Of a DNA stretch of 32,000 bases, positions 1 to 6,898 are shown piece by piece. Made by a program: the position numbers and the translations under genes. Where the stretch lies: NCBI RefSeq assembly GCF_014252315.1, contig NZ_CP059216.1, positions 508,038-540,037 on the forward strand, given 5' to 3'. Positions within the stretch are counted from its first letter, which is position 1. Each line of letters starts with the position of its first letter. This DNA is from Candidatus Saccharimonadota bacterium. Its GTDB lineage: Bacteria; Bacteroidota; Bacteroidia; Flavobacteriales; Blattabacteriaceae. The notes below the pieces were generated by a model, which worked only from the letters and a program-made list of their open reading frames with translations, ran no database searches and was not told the DNA's origin.

Positions 1-2
1 TA

Positions 3-224
3 ATAAAAACAAGAGCAATACTTCCCGTTTCTTATAACAAAGATATTCCATATAGATTAGGACTTAGACATAGAGCTGCATTTGGTATTACTGAAAAAAC
101 AGATGCAATATGTTTAGTAATTTCCGAAGAAACAGGATATATATCTTATATTAAAAATGGAAATAGAATAATAATAACAAATATTAATAATTTAAGAACA
201 ATACTAGAAAAAGATATAACATAA
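3..224 (+). CDS. cdaA: Diadenylate cyclase CdaA (DisA_N domain), C-terminal part; 5' end lies outside the window
   Basis: Open frame entering from the left edge, stop TAA at 222-224. Translation ...ILPVSYNKDIPYRLGLRHRAAFGITEKTDAICLVISEETGYISYIKNG... matches the conserved G(T/L)RHRAA...E.TDA...VSEETG core of CdaA/DisA_N cyclases. Absent from the ORF track because no start codon is in the window. Confidence 0.8.
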   Translation: MKTRAILPVSYNKDIPYRLGLRHRAAFGITEKTDAICLVISEETGYISYIKNGNRIIITNINNLRTILEKDIT

Positions 225-231
225 AGAATTT

Positions 232-1557
232 ATGAAAATTAAAGAAATATATCAAAAATATTACTCTATTTCCTCTGGAATAGAAATAAATAGTAAAAAA
301 GTTAAAAAAGGATCTATATTCATAGCTTTAAAAGGAAAAAACTTTGATGGTAATCAATTTGCGTTAGAAGCTATATCTAAAGGAGCTTTACTATCTATAA
401 TAGATAATAAAAAATATTTTGTTAGTTGTAAAAAAATTCTTCTTGTAAAGAATACTTTATTTTTATTACAAGAACTAGCTTTCTATCATAGAAGTATAAA
501 TAAACATATACCTATAATTGCAATTGTAGGAAGTAATGGAAAAACTACAACAAAAGAACTTATAAGAAGTGTATTATATAATAAATATAAAAAAATTCAT
601 TATACAAAAAATAATTATAACAATCATATAGGAATTCCATTAACAATATTATCTATGTCTAATAATTCGCAAATATCAGTTATAGAAATAGGAGCAAGTC
701 ATAAAAACGAAATAAAAAATATGTGTTCTATAGTAAATCCAGATTATGGATATATTACTAATTTTGGAAAAGCACATCTAGAAGGATTTGGAGGAATTAA
801 AGGTGTTATAAATGGAAAATTAGAATTATATGAATTTTTAAAAAAAAAAAATAAATTAGTATTTGTAAATGGAGATGATTCAATTCAAATATCTAATAGT
901 AATAAAATAAAAAGATTTGTTTTTTCTGGAAAAAAAAATATCAATACAAATGTAAAATTTAAATATTTATGCAATATATCTGGAATAAAATCTATTCTTT
1001 ATATAAAAAATATAAAAATAGTATCATCCCTAGTAGGAAATTATAATTTATATAATATAGCAGCATCTATAACTATAGGAATATACTTTAAAATTTCTTT
1101 AAAAAAAATTAAAAAATCAATAGAAGAATATACTTCAAAAAATTATAGATCTCAAATAATAAATAAAAATAATGTAAAAATTATTGTTGATTGTTATAAT
1201 GCTAACCCTACTAGTATGATTAAATCACTTACTTTTTTTAATAAAAATATTAATGGAAATAAAATGGTTATATTAGGAGATATGTTAGAATTAGGATCTT
1301 TTTCTAATAAAGAACATGAAAAAATTATATATTTCTTAACTAAAAGTGATATAAATATTGCATTTTTAATTGGATATATATTTTTTAATACTAAATATAT
1401 AAAATCAAATAAAACAGAAATAATAAAATTCTTAGAAAAAAAAAATTTTATAAATTGGATAAAAAAAAATCCTATTAGAAAAACAAACTTTATCTTTGTA
1501 AAAGGTTCAAGAAAAATAGAATTAGAAAATATTATTCCATTTATTAATCCAATTTAA
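232..1557 (+). CDS. murF: UDP-N-acetylmuramoyl-tripeptide--D-alanyl-D-alanine ligase
   Basis: 441 aa. Mur-ligase P-loop GSNGKTTTKE, central domain and DCYNANP motif typical of MurF. Starts 7 nt after the cdaA stop. Confidence 0.9.
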   Translation: MKIKEIYQKYYSISSGIEINSKKVKKGSIFIALKGKNFDGNQFALEAISKGALLSIIDNKKYFVSCKKILLVKNTLFLLQELAFYHRSINKHIPIIAIVGSNGKTTTKELIRSVLYNKYKKIHYTKNNYNNHIGIPLTILSMSNNSQISVIEIGASHKNEIKNMCSIVNPDYGYITNFGKAHLEGFGGIKGVINGKLELYEFLKKKNKLVFVNGDDSIQISNSNKIKRFVFSGKKNINTNVKFKYLCNISGIKSILYIKNIKIVSSLVGNYNLYNIAASITIGIYFKISLKKIKKSIEEYTSKNYRSQIINKNNVKIIVDCYNANPTSMIKSLTFFNKNINGNKMVILGDMLELGSFSNKEHEKIIYFLTKSDINIAFLIGYIFFNTKYIKSNKTEIIKFLEKKNFINWIKKNPIRKTNFIFVKGSRKIELENIIPFINPI

Positions 1558-1578
1558 TTTTTAAATATAATATATATT

Positions 1579-1586
1579 TATATTTG
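1579..1586 (+). promoter_or_regulatory. Candidate Bacteroidetes-type -7 promoter box (TATATTTG) for pdhA-pdhC
   Basis: Exact match to TAnnTTTG in the 72-bp murF-pdhA spacer, 43 nt upstream of the pdhA ATG. Confidence 0.35.
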
Positions 1587-1629
1587 CATATGTTATAAAA
1601 ATGATTTTATTCAGTAAAAGGAATTTTTT

Positions 1630-2622
1630 ATGAAAAAGATTACTGAAAAAACCTATTTTAAATGGTTTAAAGACATGTCTTTTTGGAGAAAATTCGAAGA
1701 TAAGTGCCGTTCTTTATATTTAAAACAAAAAATAAAAGGATTTTTACATTTATATAATGGACAAGAAGCTATTCCAGCAGGAATAACTCATTCTATTAAT
1801 ATTGGAATAGATAATTTAATTACTGCTTATAGATGTCATATATTACCTATGTCTATGGGGGTAGATCCTAAAATGATTATGGCAGAACTTATGGGGAAAA
1901 AAACAGGAACATCAAAGGGTATAGGTGGATCAATGCATATTTTCAGTAAAAAATATCGTTTTTATGGAGGACATGGAATAGTAGGAGGACAGATTCCTTT
2001 AGGAGCTGGTATTGCATTTGCAGATAAATATTTTAATAGAGAATCTGTAACAATAACATTAATGGGAGATGGAGCTATTAGACAAGGATCTTTACATGAA
2101 ACTTTTAATATGTCAATGTTATGGAAACTTCCAATTGTATTTATATGTGAAAACAATAAATATGCTATGGGAACTTCTGTAAAAAGAAGTTCTAATATAA
2201 ACGATATATCTAAAATAGGATTATCATATGAAATGCCTACTTTTTCAGTAAATGGAATGAATCCTGAAGAAATTGCAAAAATTGTTTTTTTAGCGGTTGA
2301 AAGAGCAAGAAAAGGAAAAGGGCCTACATTTTTAGATGTAAAAACATATAGATATAGAGGACATTCTATGTCAGATTCTGAATCATATAGAACTAAAGAA
2401 GAAATTCTTTTTTATAAAGAAAAAGATCCTATTATATATGTGAAAAATTATATTTTAAAAAATAAATGGTATACTGAAAAAAATTTAAATTTTGTAGAAA
2501 ATAAAGTTAAAAAAGAAGTTGAATTTTGTGTTGAATTTGCAGAAAAATCAAAATTACCTTCATTGGACGATATGTATAACGTAGTTTATGATGAAACTAA
2601 TTATCCTTTTTTAGATTATTAA
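1630..2622 (+). CDS. pdhA: Pyruvate (2-oxoacid) dehydrogenase E1 component, alpha subunit
   Basis: 330 aa. ThDP-binding GDGA..QG...ENN motif and YRYRGHSMSD phospho-loop region typical of heterotetrameric E1 alpha. Followed directly by E2. Confidence 0.9.
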   Translation: MKKITEKTYFKWFKDMSFWRKFEDKCRSLYLKQKIKGFLHLYNGQEAIPAGITHSINIGIDNLITAYRCHILPMSMGVDPKMIMAELMGKKTGTSKGIGGSMHIFSKKYRFYGGHGIVGGQIPLGAGIAFADKYFNRESVTITLMGDGAIRQGSLHETFNMSMLWKLPIVFICENNKYAMGTSVKRSSNINDISKIGLSYEMPTFSVNGMNPEEIAKIVFLAVERARKGKGPTFLDVKTYRYRGHSMSDSESYRTKEEILFYKEKDPIIYVKNYILKNKWYTEKNLNFVENKVKKEVEFCVEFAEKSKLPSLDDMYNVVYDETNYPFLDY

Positions 2623-2655
2623 AAATATTTATCATTTAATAAAAAAATTTTTAAC

Positions 2656-3783
2656 ATGGCAGAAATAATATCTATGCCCCAACTAAGTGACACCATGGAA
2701 GAGGGGACTGTAATTAAATGGAATAAAAAAATAGGAGAAAAAGTTGTAGAAGGAGATATAATAGCAGAAATAGAAACAGACAAAGCTATTCAAGATTTTG
2801 AAATAGATGTTAGTGGTATTTTATTATTTATAGGAGTTAAAGAAGGAGAAAAAACAAAAGTTAACGATATAATAGCAATTATAGGAGAAGAAGGAGAAGA
2901 TATTAATCATTTGATTAAACAAAAAAATTTAAAAAATAATTTACAAGAAGAAAAAAAAGATAATGAAAGAAAATTTATATCTCCTGCAGCAAGAAGATTG
3001 ATAAAAAAAATGAATGTACCCATAGAAACATTTAAAAATGGAAGTGGATCTCACGGTAGAATAATCAAAAAAGATATTGAAACATTAAAAAATGAAAATA
3101 ATATTAATAAAATTATTCATTCCTCTATGAGAAAAAAAATAGCTAAACATCTTTCTAAATCAAAAATTTCTGCTCCACATTATTATATATTTTCTGAAAT
3201 AAATGTAGATAAACTAATTAAATTAAGAGAAAAATTTAATGATAAACTTTCTATAGATGAAAGAATATCTTTTAACGATATTATAATAAAAGCTGTTGCT
3301 CAATCATTAAAAAAATTTCCTAAAATGAATGTATCATGGAATGATGAATATATTTTGTTTCATAAAAATATAAATATTGGTATTGCAGTAGCAGTTGAAG
3401 ATGGATTAATTGTTCCAGTAATTAAAAATGTTGATCATAAATCAGTATTACAAATATCTAAAGAAATAAAAGAAAAAGTATTACGTTCAAAAGAAAAAAA
3501 AATACAAATAAACGAGTTAGAAGATAGTACATTTACTGTATCTAATCTAGGAATGTATGATACAGATTCATTTACATCTATTATAAATATTCCAAATTCA
3601 TCAATAATTTCTGTAGGATCTATAGTAAGACGACCTGTAGTTATAGGATCTAAAATAGAAATAGGAAGTATTATGAAAATAACATTATCTTGTGATCATA
3701 GAATAATAGATGGAGCGTTAGGGAGTCTTTATATACGATTATTAAAAAAATATTTAGAAGATCCTTTTATTATATTTTTATGA
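2656..3783 (+). CDS. pdhC: Dihydrolipoamide acetyltransferase (E2) of the pyruvate dehydrogenase complex
   Basis: 375 aa. Single lipoyl domain with IETDKA lipoyl-lysine motif, E3/E1-binding domain (ISPAARRL...GSGSHGRIIKKDIE), and catalytic domain with DHRIIDG. Stop TGA at 3781-3783. Confidence 0.9.
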   Translation: MAEIISMPQLSDTMEEGTVIKWNKKIGEKVVEGDIIAEIETDKAIQDFEIDVSGILLFIGVKEGEKTKVNDIIAIIGEEGEDINHLIKQKNLKNNLQEEKKDNERKFISPAARRLIKKMNVPIETFKNGSGSHGRIIKKDIETLKNENNINKIIHSSMRKKIAKHLSKSKISAPHYYIFSEINVDKLIKLREKFNDKLSIDERISFNDIIIKAVAQSLKKFPKMNVSWNDEYILFHKNINIGIAVAVEDGLIVPVIKNVDHKSVLQISKEIKEKVLRSKEKKIQINELEDSTFTVSNLGMYDTDSFTSIINIPNSSIISVGSIVRRPVVIGSKIEIGSIMKITLSCDHRIIDGALGSLYIRLLKKYLEDPFIIFL

Positions 3784-4500
3784 TTTTTTTTTTATAAAAA
3801 ATTTGTTATAAAATGAATATTTAATAATAGGTATTATTAATATTAACGACATTAATACATTTGAAATATATTCTATAAATTTATTATAAATAAAATTTTT
3901 TTCATAAAAAAAATTTATTATTAATCTTACTCCAAGTATTATTATTATCATATAAATAAAATTATTTAATTTTGGAATTTTTTCTACTAATTTTATAAAA
4001 AATTTTGTTGATAATCTTATGGATAAGATACTTGTTAATATACTAATAAATAATAATAATAAATTTTTTGATATAGCTATAGAAGCAAATACATTATCTA
4101 TAGAAAAAGATAAATCTATTAATTCTACATATAATATAATTTTCCATAAAGAATTATTTTTTGTATTTATTTTATTATTTTTAATAATTTTATTTTTAAA
4201 TTTATTTATGTAATAATTTATTCCAGTAAAAATTAAATAAATTCCAGCTATTATTTTTACCCATTTCATATTTATTAATATAGAAGTAAACAATAAACAT
4301 AATATTCTAAATAAATAAGCACTGATGGTTCCATATTTTATAGCTTTATTTCTATCTTCATTATTATCTAAATTCATTATAATAGAAGATAAAACAACGG
4401 CATTATCTATAGATAATATACTTTCTACTATAAACAAATTACCTATAGTTAAGATGGATGAAAAAGGATTATTTATTATATCATATAAATATTCTATCAT
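3778..4500 (-). CDS. TerC-family integral membrane protein
   Basis: 240 aa, polytopic and hydrophobic. Duplicated SIDN motifs (SIDNAVV, SIDNVFA) characteristic of the TerC family. Confidence 0.8.
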   Translation of the reverse strand: MIEYLYDIINNPFSSILTIGNLFIVESILSIDNAVVLSSIIMNLDNNEDRNKAIKYGTISAYLFRILCLLFTSILINMKWVKIIAGIYLIFTGINYYINKFKNKIIKNNKINTKNNSLWKIILYVELIDLSFSIDNVFASIAISKNLLLLFISILTSILSIRLSTKFFIKLVEKIPKLNNFIYMIIIILGVRLIINFFYEKNFIYNKFIEYISNVLMSLILIIPIIKYSFYNKFFIKKKS

Positions 4501-4507
4501 TTAATTA

Positions 4508-6346
4508 TTAATATTTTTCTAACAAAATTAATTTTTTATAAAAACTTTTTTTTAACATCAAATTTTTATGATTACCTTGTTCTATAATTTTTCCTTTTTC
4601 TAAAACAATTATATGATCTGAATTTTCTATCAAAGTATTAGATATTCTATTTGATATTATTAAAGATGTTTTATTTTTAATTATTATTTTCAATAGTTTA
4701 TGTATTTTTATTTCAGATTCTGAATCCAAAGAAGAAGTTACTTCATCTAAAATAATTATTTTAGGATTTCTTAATATAATTCTTGCTATACAAATTTTTT
4801 GTTTTTGGTATAAAGATAATTTATTTCCATTATATCCAATTATTGTATTATATCCTTTTGAAAGATTTTTTATAAAAAAATGTATGTTAGCTATTTTTGC
4901 TGCTTGTATTATAGTATTCATTGATGAATTTTTATTAATTTCTGGTGATATATTATTTAGTATAGAATCATTAAGTATAATTGGATTTTTAGTTATTATT
5001 CCTAATAATTTTCTATAATCTATAATTTTTAATTCATCAATATTAAATCCGTCTATTGTTATTTTTCCTGAAGTTACATTATAAAATTTTGCTAATAAAT
5101 TAGCTATAATAGATTTTCCACTTCCTGATCTTCCTACTAATGCAACAGATTCTCCTTTTTTTAAATAGAAATTTAAATTTTCTAATAAAACTTTCCCTTT
5201 TCTTATAAAAGAAACATTATTAAATATTATTTTTTTATTAAAAAAATTTATTGAATTTGATAAAATTTTATTTTTTTTTATATAATAATATTCAAAATTC
5301 AATATTTCTGAAACTCTTTTTGCTGCAGCTTTTCCTTTTTGAATATTAGAAATAGAATTAACTAAGTTTTTAATTGGATTAACTATTTGTAAAAATAATC
5401 CTATAAAAGGAAATAAAATTTTAGGATCCATTTCTTTTTTATATAAAAAATTTTTACCTCCATACCATATTATTATAATCATAATAACAGAACTTAAAAA
5501 TTCTATTATAGGAGAAAATAATTCTTTTTTTCTATTTAGACGGATAGATAATTTTTTTTGAAATTCTGATATTTTCTCAAATTTATTTTGTATTTTATTT
5601 TCATAATTAAGAATATTTATATTTTTATAATAATTTAATGTTTCTTCTACAATAGTAGATAATTTTCCTAATTGATTTTGTACATTAGTTGAATCATTTT
5701 TCAAAATGATTTTTATAATAAAAATAAAACAAATAATAATAGGTACTAGTAAGAAAATAAATAATGTTAATTTGTAATTAATAATAAATAAAGTTAATAA
5801 ATAGAATATTATAATAATAGGTGAACTAATTAAGTTATTTAATGAATGAACTATAGATATTTCTATTTCATTAATATCATTAGATAATCTTGACATTATA
5901 TCTCCATTTTTTCTATCCAAAAAAAAATCTAATGGCATAAATAATATTTTTCTATGAAATTCATTTCTAATATCTTTTATTATAGAACTTTTTATTTCTA
6001 TCAATATATATTCTGATATATATTTAAATATACTTCTTATAAAAAACATAGAAATAATGAATATACAAAATATAGTTAAAGTATTTATTTTTCCATATTT
6101 ATAAGAAAAAAATTCAATATAATATTGAAAATAATTTTTGAATAAATCTATAAATCCATTAAAATAATTTAATGATGTTATTTTATTATTTTTTTTATTA
6201 TTGTCAAGGATAAAACTTAATACAGGAGAAATAGACATTATAGATATAACTGAAAATAAAGAATGTAAAAGATTACATATTATATTTATAACATAACGAT
6301 ATTTATAATATTTTGAATAATTGAAAATTTTTTCAAGTGCATTCAT
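4508..6346 (-). CDS. ABC exporter half-transporter (TMD-NBD fusion, MsbA-like) with degenerate catalytic motifs
   Basis: 612 aa. N-terminal six-helix-type ABC membrane domain and a C-terminal NBD that aligns colinearly with E. coli MsbA. Walker A GRSGSGKS and Walker B IIILDE are intact. The Q-loop is TKN (not SQN), the signature is LSLYQKQK (not LSGGQRQR) and the H-loop is SNRIS (not AHRLS). Confidence 0.85.
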   Translation of the reverse strand: MNALEKIFNYSKYYKYRYVINIICNLLHSLFSVISIMSISPVLSFILDNNKKNNKITSLNYFNGFIDLFKNYFQYYIEFFSYKYGKINTLTIFCIFIISMFFIRSIFKYISEYILIEIKSSIIKDIRNEFHRKILFMPLDFFLDRKNGDIMSRLSNDINEIEISIVHSLNNLISSPIIIIFYLLTLFIINYKLTLFIFLLVPIIICFIFIIKIILKNDSTNVQNQLGKLSTIVEETLNYYKNINILNYENKIQNKFEKISEFQKKLSIRLNRKKELFSPIIEFLSSVIMIIIIWYGGKNFLYKKEMDPKILFPFIGLFLQIVNPIKNLVNSISNIQKGKAAAKRVSEILNFEYYYIKKNKILSNSINFFNKKIIFNNVSFIRKGKVLLENLNFYLKKGESVALVGRSGSGKSIIANLLAKFYNVTSGKITIDGFNIDELKIIDYRKLLGIITKNPIILNDSILNNISPEINKNSSMNTIIQAAKIANIHFFIKNLSKGYNTIIGYNGNKLSLYQKQKICIARIILRNPKIIILDEVTSSLDSESEIKIHKLLKIIIKNKTSLIISNRISNTLIENSDHIIVLEKGKIIEQGNHKNLMLKKSFYKKLILLEKY

Positions 6347-6712
6347 CTAATATTTTTAATTCCTTTATAAATATATACAGGATAATCCAATTTATATATA
6401 GTTCATTGATTAATAAATTATTATTAATTTATGAATTTTATATTCTATGAATTAATAGAATTAAATAAATTAAAAATTAATTTTTCATAATATATTTTTT
6501 TTGTTTAAAAACAATGTATTTATTAAAATATATTTTTTCAATTCACTTATTGAATTTAATTTTTATCCTGTTATATTTTAAATTTTTAATTATTAAAAAA
6601 TCTTTTTTTTTATATATTTAAATATAAATAATAAGAATGCTATTATTGTTAATATATATTTTATATAATGTTTCATTAAAATAAAGTATAATTTTTAAAA
6701 TTAAAAAATAAT

Positions 6713-6880
6713 ATGATAAATATTTTATTTATTAGTATTGAAGAAAGTTTTTTAATCATTTTTGTTGCAATTCTTATATTTGGACCAAAAAAAATTCCAG
6801 GTATAGCTAGAGGATTAGGTGAAGGAATAAGATTTTTAAAAAAAGCTAAAAAAAAAATTAAAGATGAAATAGAATGGTAG
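6713..6880 (+). CDS. tatA: Twin-arginine translocase subunit TatA/E
   Basis: 55 aa, MINILFISIEESFLIIFVAILIFGPKKIPGIARGLGEGIRFLKKAKKKIKDEIEW. One N-terminal TM helix, the FGPKK(I/L)P hinge motif and an amphipathic basic tail. ATG 6713, TAG 6878-6880. Too short for the ORF track. Confidence 0.75.
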   Translation: MINILFISIEESFLIIFVAILIFGPKKIPGIARGLGEGIRFLKKAKKKIKDEIEW

Positions 6881-6898
6881 AATGGTAATTATAAAATT

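Noticed and set aside
1962-2156. Antisense 'shadow' ORFs in the six-frame track: 1962-2156(-), 4019-4213(+), 7737-7937(+), 12796-13023(+), 14709-15065(+), 18915-19232(+), 20303-20524(+), 22842-23117(+) and 23054-23257(+).
   Set aside because: Each lies wholly or mostly inside a strongly supported gene on the opposite strand (pdhA, terC, ppiD, bamA, nadK, fabF, acpP, atpD). Their products are low-complexity and match no known family. Such ORFs are expected by chance opposite AT-rich genes with few antisense stop codons.
2623-2655. The E1 beta subunit gene is 'missing' between pdhA (E1 alpha) and pdhC (E2), and no E3 follows.
   Set aside because: The spacer is only 33 bp with no gene remnant. 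As far as I recall, a separate location for pdhB and lpd is usual in Flavobacteriia, so this is more likely ancestral gene order than a loss. It cannot be judged from one window.
3781-3783. Possible alternative genetic code (UGA read as Trp), as seen in some tiny symbiont genomes.
   Set aside because: TGA terminates pdhC at the expected C-terminus (...DPFIIFL). All conserved genes are full-length under the standard bacterial code with no in-frame TGA interruptions, so code 11 is sufficient.
6563-6571. Possible DnaA boxes or oriC: TTATCCTGT and its inverted copy (6377-6385) share the first six bases with the TTATCCACA DnaA-box consensus, within a long AT-rich spacer.
   Set aside because: The last three positions (TGT versus ACA) all differ, and these are critical for DnaA binding. 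There are only two copies and no dnaA/dnaN context in the window. Whether this genome encodes dnaA at all cannot be known from here. It is kept only as a generic inverted-repeat observation.
6514-6621. 35-codon hydrophobic ORF (MYLLKYIFSIHLLNLIFILLYFKFLIIKKSFFLYI) in the 366-bp spacer.
   Set aside because: It has no promoter box and no recognisable family. T-rich DNA routinely translates to Phe/Leu/Ile-rich pseudo-membrane peptides. It cannot be supported without conservation or expression data.
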